Below are positions 1 to 11,700 of a DNA stretch of 64,000 nt, piece after piece. The stretch comes from Camelus ferus (Eukaryota). The stretch lies in assembly GCF_009834535.1 (NCBI RefSeq), contig NC_045697.1, positions 120,034,001 to 120,098,000 on the forward strand, in the 5' to 3' direction. The notes under the pieces were generated by a model. The model was not told where the DNA came from and ran no database searches. It saw only the letters and a program-made list of their open reading frames with translations. The translations under genes were made by a program, and so were the position numbers. Each line of letters starts with the position of its first letter. Position 1 is the first letter of the stretch.

Positions 1-2
1 AT

Positions 3-3000
3 CAGGATAGCAGAACAAACATTTTTGTGTGTGTTGGTGTAGGAAAATACAATCCAGGCATGTTTCTGGTGTTACAGCTCTTCCCAGGTTTGGAGATGAG
101 GCCTAATTACCTCCACTTCCAATGGGGAGGTACTCTATACTTCTTCACTTTCCAGACCAACTCCCTGCTTTCCTTTGAAGCCCGGCATAAGGAAACACCT
201 AGGGATGACAATATTATTGATTCTATGAGAATCCCCGCTCTGCTGCCAGTTGGAGGTACAACACACACTCAAAAATCCGGAAAATGGCTTTGCTTGTGGA
301 GGTATGGAGACCAAAACCACAAGAAGCCTTGGAGCACAGTTACTCTCTGTTTGGGAGAATTCCGCTATTTACCTCTACAGTCAATCTCTGGGCAATCCTG
401 GCTATTTGGATTTCCAGCCGAATCCCCAGTTTCCCCCGCAGCCCGCCCTGGAAAACACTCAGAGATTATAAGCTAGTGGTTCTATTGGAACCCAGGACCT
501 GCAGAACTTTGTAGGAAGCTCCGCACATGCAGGATAACAGAACACATTTTGTGTGTCTTATTGAGATTCTAAAATCTCCATGCATGTTTAAAGGGGTACA
601 GGTTTTCCTAGATTGGGGGTGTTCAGATTATTCAGAGTTAATGCCCATGGGGAGTTAATCGCTCCTGCTTGGATTTCCATCATATCCCCCAGTTTCCCTT
701 GCAACCCAGTCAGAGAAAACAGTCAGGAAATTTAGCTAAAATTTCTATTGGAACCCAGGCGATGCTGAGAGTTGTAGAATCTTCTCCATACAGAGTTTAA
801 CAGAACACTTCTTTGTGTGTGTGATTGAGTAGGAAAACAGAGTCCATGCATGTCTCTGGGGTGCAGGTGTAACCAGGCTGTGAGACGTTGGCTAAGTATA
901 TCCACAGCCCATGTGGAGGCACTCAGTTTTTCTTCGTTAACAGCCCTACTCCCAGCTTTCCATTGCAGCCCGGGTTGGAAAACACCCAGGGATGACAAAC
1001 TAAATGATTCTATCAGAAATCAGGCGCTACTGTCTGTTGGAGGAACCTCCACACACACAGGATTAACAAACACGTCTTTGCTTGGGAGAATTGTGAAGCC
1101 CCAATCCACACACATGGCTGAGGGCACAAGTTTTTCCCTGTTAGTTAGAAGTCGGCTAATTACCTCTACAGACAATCATGGGGCACTCGCTTCTACTTGG
1201 ATTTCCATCCCAACCCCCAGGATTCCCTCGCAGCCTGGCCAGTGGAAACAAACAGGGAAAAGGATCTACTGGTGCAATTAGAACACATGCGAGGCTGAAA
1301 TTTGTGTAAAACTTCGAACACTCATGATAACAGAGCACAACTTTCTGTGTGTGAAGGAGTATAAAACACACTCCAGGCATATTCCTGGTGATCCAGTTTT
1401 TCCCAGGTTGGGAGATGTCGGCTAGATTCCTTCACTGGCCATGTGGATGCATTGATTTCTTCTTCGTTTTCAAGCCCAACTCCCAACTTTCCCTTGCATC
1501 CCGGTCTAGGATTATACCCAGGGATGACAGTCTAATTGATTTTATCAGAGCTACGATGCTGCTGTATTTTTTAGGAACTTCCAGAAACTTAGGATTCTGG
1601 ATCACTTCTATCTTTGGGGGTAGCTTTGGAGACCCACACCACAGAGATGGCTTGGGGCACAGGTTTTTCCCTGTTAGGGAGATGTCCGCTAATTACCTCC
1701 ACAGTCCATCAAGGGTCACTCGCTGCAACATGGCTTTCCAGCGCAAGCGCAGCATTCCCTCGCACTCCGGCCTGGGAAAACAATCAGGGATATTAAGCCA
1801 GTGGTTCTATTGGAACCCAGGTGCTGCAGAACATTGTAGGATACTCCCCACACAGAGGAAAATAGAACACTTCTTTGTGTGTCTCAAGAAATTTCGTAAA
1901 AATTCTCCACGCGTTTTTCAGGGGTTAAAGTGTTGCTAGTTAGTGGGAGTTCGGGTAATACCCTCCAATTCCCATGGGGAGGCACTCGCTCCTGCTTGGC
2001 TTTCCAGCTCAACCCACAGCTTTCCCTCTCAGCCTGGCCTGGGAAAACACTCAGGGATAATATGCTATTGTTTGTATTGGAACCCAGTCGCTACCTAACG
2101 TTGTAGGCTCCTTCCCACATCTGGGATAACAGAAGAAAATTTTGTTTGTCTGATGGAGATGGGTAAACAAATTCCACGCATGTTTCAGGGGGCACAGGTG
2201 TTCCAAGGATGTGGGACGTCGGAAAATTGCCTCAAATTCTCATGGGGAGTATCTCACTGCTGCTACGAAATACAGCCAAACCCACAGCTTTACCTCGCAG
2301 CTAGGCGTGTGAAAACACTCACGGAAAAGAAAATACTGGTGCTATTAGAACCCAGGCGCTGCTGATATTTGTAGAATCCTCCCCACACTCAGGATAGCAG
2401 AACACAACTTTGTGTGTGTGATGGTGTAGAAAAATACACTCCAGGCATATTTCTGTGGGTACAGCTGTTCCCAGGTTTGGAGATGTCGCCTAATTACCTC
2501 CACTGCCAATGTGGAGGCAATCTATACTTCTTCGCTTTGCAGAACATTTCCCAAATTTCCCTTGCAGCCCGGCCTAATAAAACACCTAGTGATAACAATA
2601 TTAGTGATTCTATGATAAACCCATCGCTGCTGCCTGTTGGAGGTACAACACAAACTCAAAATTCTGGAACATGGCTTTGCTTGGTGGAGGTATGGAGACC
2701 AACACCACAAGATTCCTGGGGGCACATTTCTCTCTCTCTGGGAGAAGTCTTCTAATTACCTCTACAGTCAATCTCTGGGCACTCGTTGCTACTTGGCTTT
2801 CCAGCCGAACCCCAAGCTTTCCCTCGCTGCCCGCCCTGGAAAACACTCAGAGATATTAAGTTAATGGTTCTATTGCAAGTCAAGCACTGCAGACCGTTGT
2901 AGGAACCTCCGCACACGCAGGATAACAGAAAAATTTTTTTGTGTCTCATTGAGATGGTAAAAGCTCCACGCATGTTTCAGGGTGTACTGGTGTTCCTAGG

Positions 3001-6000
3001 TTGTGGGAGGTCAGATACAACCCACTAAAGACCATGGGGAAGTACTCGCACCTGCTTGGCTTTAAAGCCCATCCCTCAAATTCCTTTGCAACCCAGCCTG
3101 AGTAAACAATCAGGAAATGTAGCTAAAGGTTCTACCAGTGCCCCGGAGCTGCAGTCTGTTTTAGGAACTTCAACACACACAGGATTCCCAAACACGGCTT
3201 TGCTTGGAAGGGTTTTGAAGCCCCAATCCACAAACATGGCTGGGGACACAAGTTATTCCTTGTTAGGAAGAAGTCCACTAATTAGCTCTACAGTCCTTCT
3301 GGGGCACCCGCTGCTACTTGGAATTCCAGCCCAACCCCCATTTTTCCCTTGCAGCCCGGCCTGGGTTAACACAGAAGGAATAGATGCTATTGGTGCTATT
3401 TAAACCCATGCCCTGCTGACAATTGTGTAAACCTTCGAACACTCAGGATAACAGAACATATCTTTCTGTGTGTGACGGAGTAGGAAAACACACTCCAGGC
3501 ATGTTTCGGGTGCACAGATTTTACCAGGATGGGAGATGTCGCCTAATTACCTCCGCTTCCAAAGGGGAGTCACTCAATATTTCTTCGCTTTCCAGACCAA
3601 CTCCCAGCTTTCCTTTGAAGCCCGGCCTAAGGAAACACCTAGGTTTGACAATATTAGTGATTCTATCAGAACCCCCTCTCTGCAGACTGTTGGAGGTACA
3701 ACACACACTCAAAATTCCGGAACATGGCTTTGCTTGGTGGAGGTATGGAGACCAACACCACAATATGCCTGGGGGCACAGTTTCTGTCTGGAAGACCGCT
3801 CATTACCTCTGCTGTCAATCTTGGGCAATCCTGTCTTATTACTTTCCAGCCGAACCCCCAGTTTCCCTCGCAGCCCGCCCTGGAACAAACTCAGATATTA
3901 TAAGCTACTGGTTCTATTGGAACCCAGACACTGCAGACTCTTGTAGGAAGCTCCACACACGCAGGATAACAGAACAATTATTTTGTGTATGATTGAGATG
4001 GTAAATTCTCCACGCATGTTTCAGGGGGTACAGGATTTCCTATGTTGGGGGATGTCATATTATTCCCATTAACGTCCATGGGGAGGTAATCTCTCCTACT
4101 TGGATTTCCATCGCATCCCCCAGTTTCCCTTGCAACCCAGTCAGAGGAATCAGTCAGGAAATTTAGCTAAAATTTATATTAGAACCCAGAAGCTGCTGAC
4201 AGTTGTAGAAACCTCCCCATACACAGGGTAACAGAACACTTCTTTGTGTGTGTGATTGAGTAGGAAAACAGAGTCCATGCATGTTTCTGGGGTGCAGGTT
4301 TAACCAGGTTTTGATACGTTGGCTAAGTATCTACACAGCCCATGGGGAGGCACTCTGTTTTTCTTCGTTTTCCTGCCCTACTCCCAGATTTCCCTTGCCG
4401 CCCGGGTTAGGAAAACACCCAGGGATGACAAACAAAGTGATTCTATCAGAACCCCGGCACTGCTGTCTGTGGAGGAACCTCCACACACACAGGATTCCCA
4501 AACACGCCTTTGCTTGGAAGAATTTTGAAGCCCCAATACACACACATGGCTGGGGCTCAAGTTTTTCCCTGTTAGGTAGAAGTCGGCTAATTAGCTCCAC
4601 TGTCCATCTCGGGCACCATCTACTACTTGGAATTCCAGCCTAACCCACATGTTTCCCATGCAGCCCGGCCTGGGGTAACAGAGAGAGTAAAGAAGATATT
4701 GGTGCTATACGAACCCATGCCCTGTTGAAAATTGTGGAAACCTTCGAACACTCAGTATAACAGAACATATCTTTCTGTGTGTGAGGGAGTAGGAAAACAC
4801 ACTCCAGGCATTTTTATGGGGATCCATGATTTCCCAGGTTGGGAGATGTCGGCTAGATTCCTTCAATGCCCATGTTGATGCATTGACTTCTTCTTCGTTT
4901 TCAAGACCAACTCCCAACTTTCCCTTGCATCCCGGTCTAGGATTATACCCAGGGATGACAGTCTAAGTGATTTTTTCAGACCTAAGATGCTGCTGTATTT
5001 TTTAGGAACTACCAGAAACTTAGGATTCTGGATCACTTCTATGATTGGGGGTAGCTTTGGAGACCCACACCACAGAGATGGCTTGGGGCACAGGTTTTTC
5101 CCTGTTAAGGAGATGTCCGCTAATTACCTCCACAGTCCATCAAGGGTCACTCGCTGCAACATGGCTTTCCAGCGCAAGCGCAGCATTCCCTCGCAGGCCG
5201 GCCTGGGAAAACAATCAGGGATAATAATCCAGTGGTTCTATTGGAACCCAGGTGCTTCAGAACATTGTAGGATACTCCCCACACACAGGAAAAGAGAACA
5301 CTTCTTTGTGTGTCTCATGAAGTTTCGTAAAATATCTCCACGCTTGTTTCAGGGGTTAAGGTGTTGCTAGTTAGTGGGAGTTCAGAAAATTCCCACCAAT
5401 GCCCATGGGGAGGCACTCGCTCCTGCTTGGATTTCCAGCCCAACCCACAGCTTTCCCTCTCAGCTCGGCCTGGGAAAACACTCAGGGATAATATGCTATT
5501 GGTTGTATTGGAACCCAGTAGCTACCTACCGTTGTAGGCTCCTTCCCACATCTGGGATAACAGAAGAAAACTTTGTGTGTCTGATGGAGATGGGTAAACA
5601 AACTCCACGCATATTTCAGGGGGCACAGGTGTTCCAAGGCTCTGGGACGTCGGAAAATTACCTCAAATTCTCATGGGGAGTATCTCACTGCTGCTACGAT
5701 ATACAGCCAATCCCACAGCTTTACCTCGCAGCTAGGCTTGTGTAAACACTCACGGAAAAGAAAATACTGGTACTATTAGAACCGAGGCACTGCTGATATT
5801 TGTAGAATCCTCCCCACACTCATGATAGCAGAACACATCTTTGTGTGTGTGATGGTGTAGAAAAATACACTCCAGGCATATTAATGGTGGTACAGCTCTT
5901 CCCAGGTTTGGAGATGTCGCCTAATTACCTCCACTGCCAATGGGGAGGCACTCTATACTTGTTCGCTTTCCAGACTAATTCCCAGCTTTCCTTTGAAGCC

Positions 6001-8735
6001 CGGCCTAAGGAAACACCTTGGGATGACAATATTAGCGATTCTATCAGAACCCCATCTCTGCTGACATTTGGAGGTGCAACACACACTCAAAATTCTGGAA
6101 CATGTCTTTGCTTGGTGGAGGTATGGAGACCAACACCACAATATGCCTGGGGGCACAGTTTCTCTCTGTCTGATAGAAGTCCGCTCATTACATCTACAAT
6201 CAATTTCTGGGCAAACCTGGCTAATTGGCTTTCCAGCCGAACCCCCAGTTTCCCTCATAGCACGCCCTGGAACACACTAAGAGATTATAAGCTAGTGGTT
6301 CTATTGGAAACCAGGCACTGCAGACCGTTTTAGGAAGCTCCGCAATCGCAGGATAACAGAACACTTATTTTGTGTCAAATAGAGATGTTAAAAATTCCAC
6401 GCATGTTTCAGCGGTTACAGTTTTACCTAGGTAGGGGGAGGTCAGATTATTCCCATTAATGCCCATGGGGAGGTAATCGCTCCTGCTTGGATTTCCATAC
6501 CATCCCCCAGTTTCCCTTGCAACCCAGTCAGAAGAATCAGTCAGGAAATATAGCTAAATTTCTATTAGAAGCCAGGCGCTTCTGACAGTTGTAGAAACCA
6601 CCCCATACACAGGGAAACAGAACACTTCTTTGTGTGTGAGATGGAGTAGAAATAAACAGTACATGCATGTATCAGGGGTGCAGGTGTAACCAGGTTGGGA
6701 GACGTTGGCTAAGTATCTCCACAGCCCATGGGGATGCACTCTGTTTTCTTTGATTTCCAGCCCTACTCCCAGCTTTCCCTTGCAGCCCGTGTTAGGAAAA
6801 CCCTCAGGGATGACAAACTAAATCATTCTATCAGAACCAGTGCGCTGCTGTATGTGTGGAGGAACCTCCAAACACTCAGTATTCTGGAACACGGATTTGC
6901 TTGGTGCGAATTGTGAATCCCCACAGCACACTCAATCCTGGGGCCCAAGATTTTCCCTTTTAGGGCCAAGTCCGCTAATTACCTCCATAGTCCATCTCTG
7001 GGTACTCACTGCTACTTGGATTCCCAGCCCAACCCACATGTTTCCCTTGCAGCCCGGCCTGGGGTAACACAGAGTGAAAAGAAGCTATTGGTGCTATTCG
7101 AACCCATGCCCTGCTGACAAATGTGGAAACCTTCGAACACTCAGGATAACAGAACATATCTTTCTGTGTGTGATGGTGTAGGAAAACACACTCCAGTCAT
7201 TTTTATGGGGATCCAGGTTTTCCCAGGTTGGGAGATGTCGTCTTGATTCCTTCAGTGTCCATGGGGTGGCACTGTCTTCTTCTTCCTTTTCAAGCCCAAC
7301 TCCCAGCTTTCCCTTGCAGCCCGGACAAGTGAAACACCCATGGAAGACAAATAAGTGATTCTATCAGAACCCCGGCCTTGCTGTCTGTTGGAGGATCCTC
7401 CAAAGCTTCAGTATTCTGGAACACGTCTTTTAGTGTGGGGAGTTGTGGAACCCCAATCCACGCAGATGGATGGGGTCACAGATATGTCCTTGTTAGGGAG
7501 AAGTCCGCTAATTACCTCCACAGTGAATCTTGGGGCACTCGCTTCTTCTTAGATTTTCACTCTATCCCCCAATTTTCACTCGCAGCTCTGCCTTGTAAAA
7601 CACTCAGTGATAATAAGCTATGTTTCTATTGCAACCCTGGTGATGCAGACAATTGTAGGTACCTCCCCACAATCAGAATAACAGAACACTAATTTGAGTG
7701 TCTCATTTAGATGGTAAACTAAATTCACGCATGTTTCAGTTTGTATAGGAGTTCCTAGGTTTTGGGAGGTCGGATATTTACATCCACTGTCCATGGGGAG
7801 TATCTTGCAGTTGCTTGGATTCCAGCCCAACCCCCAGCATTCCCTTGCATCCCTGCCTGTGAAAACACTCAGGGAAAAAGCTACAGTTTCTATAAGAACT
7901 AAGGCGCTCCTGACAGTTGTAGAAACATCCCTACACTAAGGAATACAGAACAAAGCTTTGTGTGTGTGATGGATTAGGAAAACACTGTAAGGCATGTCAC
8001 TGGGGTTCAGGTGTTCGCAGGTTGTGAAATGTTGGCTAATTACCTCCACTGCCCAAGGGGAAGGACTCTCTTCTTCTTCGATATCCAGCCTTAATCCTAG
8101 CATTCCCTTGAAGCCCGACCATGGAAAACACCCAGGGATGACAAACTAAATAATTCTATCAGAACCAGTGTGCTGCTGTATGTTGGAGGAACCTCCAAAC
8201 ACTCAGGATTCCGGAACACGGATTTGCTTGGTACGAATTTTGAAGCCCCAGAGCACACTAATTGCTGGGGCCCAAGATTTTCCCTTTTAGGGCTAAGTCC
8301 GCTAATTACCTCCATAGTCCATCTCGGGGCATTCGCTGCTACTTGGATTTAAAGCCCAAACCCAAACTTTCCCAGGCAGACCGGCCTGGGAAGCACACAG
8401 GGAAACTATGTTATTGGTTGTAACGGAACCCAGTCTCTACCTACCGTTGTAGGAATCTTCCCACAACTAGGATAAAAGAAGAAACATTTGTGTGTCTGAT
8501 GGAGATGGGTAAACAAACTCCAAGGATATATCAGGGTGCTTAGTGTTTCCAAGGCTGTGGGACGTCGGAAAATTATCTCAAATTCTCATGCGGAATAACT
8601 CCCTGCTGCTACGAATTACAGCCAAGCCCACAGTTTTACCTGGCAGCCAGCCCTGTGAAAAAACTCATGGAAAACAAAATACTGGTGCTACTAGAACCCA
8701 TGCGCTCCTTAAAGTTGTAGAACACTCCGCACAAT
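3..8735 (+). repeat. HOR unit 1: 33-monomer variant (8733 bp): m1-m18, chimeric m19/m6, m7-m9, chimeric m10/m14, m15-m24
   Basis: The m1 anchor CAGGATAGCAGAACAAA occurs at 3 and next at 8736, and the homologous ORFs at 27 and 8760 are 8733 apart. The monomer walk gives 24+13-4=33. Confidence 0.85.
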
Positions 8736-11700
8736 CAGGATAGCAGAACAAATATTTTTGTGTGTGTTGGTGTAGGAAAATACACTCCAGGCATTTTTCT
8801 GCTGTTACAGCTCTTCCCAGGTTTGGAGATGAGGCCTAATTACCTCCACTTCCAATGGGGAGGCACTCTATACTTCTTCGCTTTCCAGACCAACTCCCTG
8901 CTTTTCTTTGAAGCCCGGCATAAGGAAACACCTAGGGATGACAATATTATTATTCTATGAGAACCACCGCTCTGCTGCCTTTTGGAAGTACAACAATCAC
9001 TCAAAATTCCGGAACATGGCTTTGCTTGGTGGAGGTATGGAGACCAACACCACAAGATGCCTGGGGGCACAGTTACTCTCTGTTTGGGAGAATTCCGCTA
9101 TTTACCTCTACAGTCAATCTCTGGGAAATCCTGGCTACTTGGCTTTCCAGCCGAACCCACAGTTTCCCTCGCAGCCCGCCCTGGAAAACACTCAGAAATT
9201 ATAAGCTAGTGGATCTATTGGAACCCAGGTCCTGCAGAATTTTGTAGGAAGCTCCGAACACGCAGGATAACAGAACACATTTTGTGTGTCTGATTGAGAT
9301 TCTAAAATCTCCACGCATGTTTCAAGGGGTACAGGTTTTCCTAGATTGGGGGTGTTCAGATTATTCAGAGTTAATGCCCATGGGGAGTTAATCGCTCCTG
9401 CTTGGATTTCCATCATATCCCCCAGTATCCCTTGCAACCCAGTCAGAGAAAACAGTCAGGAAATTTAGCTAAAATTTCTATTGGAAACCAGGCGATGCTG
9501 ACAGTTGTAGAAACTTCCCCATACACAGGGTAACAGAACACTTCTTTGTGTGTGTGATTGAGTAGGAAAACAGAGTCCATGCATGTCTCTGGGGTGCAGG
9601 TGTAACCAGGCTGTGAGTCGTTGTCTAAGTATCTCCACAGCCCATGGGGAGGCACTCAGTTTTTCATCGTTTACAGCCCTACTCCCAGCTTTCCATTGCA
9701 GCCCGGGTTGGAAAACACCCAGGGATGACAAACTAAACGATTCTATCAGAAATCAGGCGCTATTGTCTGTTGGAGGAACCTCCACACACACAGGATTAAC
9801 AAACACGTCTTTGCTTGGGAGAATTGTGAAGCCCCACTCCACACACATGGCTGAGGGCACAAGATTTTCCCTGTTAGGTAGAAGTCCGCTAATTACCTCT
9901 ACAGACAATCATGGGGCACTCGCTTCTACTTGGATTTCCATCCCAACCCCCAGGATTCCCTTGCAGCCCGGCCTGGGTAAACACAAAGGGAAAACAATCA
10001 ACTGGTGCTATTAGAACACATGCGAGGCTGATATTTGTGGAAAACTTCGAACACTCATGATAACAGAGCACATCTTTCTGTGTGTGAAGGAGTAGTAAAA
10101 CACACTCCAGTCATATTTCTGGGGATCCAGTTTTTCCCAGGTTGGGAGATGTCGGCTAGATTCCTTCAATGCCCATGTTGATGCATTGAATTCTTCTTCG
10201 TTTTCAAGCCCAACTCCCAACTTTCTCTTCCATCCCGGTCTAGGATTATACCCAGGGATGACAGTCTAAGTGATTTTTTCAGAGCTACGATGCTGCTGTA
10301 TTTTTTAGGAACTTCCAGAAACTTAGGATTCTGGATCACTTCTATGATTGGGGGTAGCTTTGGAGACCCACACCACATAGATGGATTGGGTCACATGTTT
10401 TTCCCTGTTAGGGAGATGTCCGCTAATTACCTTCACAGTCCATCAAGGGTCACTCGCTGCAACATGGCTTTCCAGCGCAAGCGCAGCATTCCCTCGCTGG
10501 CCAGCCTGGGAAAACAATCAGGGATAATAATCCAGTGGTTCTATTGGAACCCAGGTGCTGCAGAACATTTTAGGATACTCCCCACACCCAGGAAAAGAGA
10601 ACACTTCTTTGTGTGTCTCATGAAGTTTCGTAAAAAATCTCCACGCGTGTTTCAGTGGTTAAGGTGTTGCTAGTTAGTGGGAGTTCAGAAAATTCCCACA
10701 AATGCCCATGGGGAGGCACTCACTCCTGCTTGGCTTTCCAGCCCAACCCCCAGCTGTCCCTCTCAGCACGGCCTGGGAAAACCCTCAGGGATAATATGCT
10801 ATTGGTTGTATTGGAACCCAGTAGCTACCTACCTTTGTAGGCTCCTTCCCACATCTGGGATAACAGAAGAAAACTTTGTGTGTCTGATGGAGATGGGTAA
10901 ACAAATTCCATGCATATTTCAGGGGGCACAGTTGTTCTAAGGCTGTGGGACGTCGGAAAATTACCTCAAATTCTCATGGGTAGTATCTCACTGCTGCTAC
11001 AAAATACAGCCAAACCCACAGCTTTACCTCGCACCTAGGCTTGTTTAAACACTCACGGAAAAGAAAATACTGGTGCTATTAGATCCCAGGCGCTGCTGAT
11101 ATTTGTAGAATCCTCCCCACACTCAGGATAGCAGAACACATCTTTGTGTGTGTGATGGTGTAGAAATATACACTCCAGGCATATTTCTGGGGGTACAGCT
11201 GTTCCCAGGTTTGGAGATGTCGCCTAATTAACTCCACTGCCAATGTGGAGGCAATCTATACTTCTTCGCTTTGCAGAACATTTCCCAAATTTCCCTTGCA
11301 GCCCGGCCTATTAAAACACCTAGGGATGACAATATTAGTGATTCTATGAGAAACCCATCACTGCTGCCTCTTGGAGGTACAAAACCAACTCAAAATTCTG
11401 GAATATTGGCTTTACTTGGTGGAGGTGTGGAGACCAACACCACAAGATTCCTGGGGGCACATTTATCTCTCTCTGGGAGAAGTCTTCTAATTACCTCTAC
11501 AGTCAATCTCTGGGCACTCGTTGCTACTTGGCTTTCCAGCCGAACCCCAAGCTTTCCCTCGCAGCCCGCCCGGGAAAACACTCAGAGATAATAAGTCAAT
11601 GGTTCTATTCGTACTCAAGCACTGCAGACCGTTGTAGGAACCTCCGCACATGCAGGATAACAGAAAAATTTTTTTGTGTCTCATTGAGATGGTAAAAGCT

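Noticed and set aside
56..66. p53 half-site-like AGGCATGTTT in some monomers
   Set aside because: These are isolated half-sites, degenerate in most monomers, with no adjacent second decamer.
811..825. (TG)n / (CA)n runs as microsatellites or Z-DNA elements
   Set aside because: They are only 3-5 units long and are fixed parts of the monomer.
1461..1510. CENP-B box (NTTCGNNNNANNCGGGN) suggested by frequent TTCG and CCCG/CGGG
   Set aside because: At the sites I inspected the spacing and core do not match on either strand (e.g. TTCGTTTTCAAGCCC, CCCGGGTTGGAAAAC). A full regex scan would settle this.
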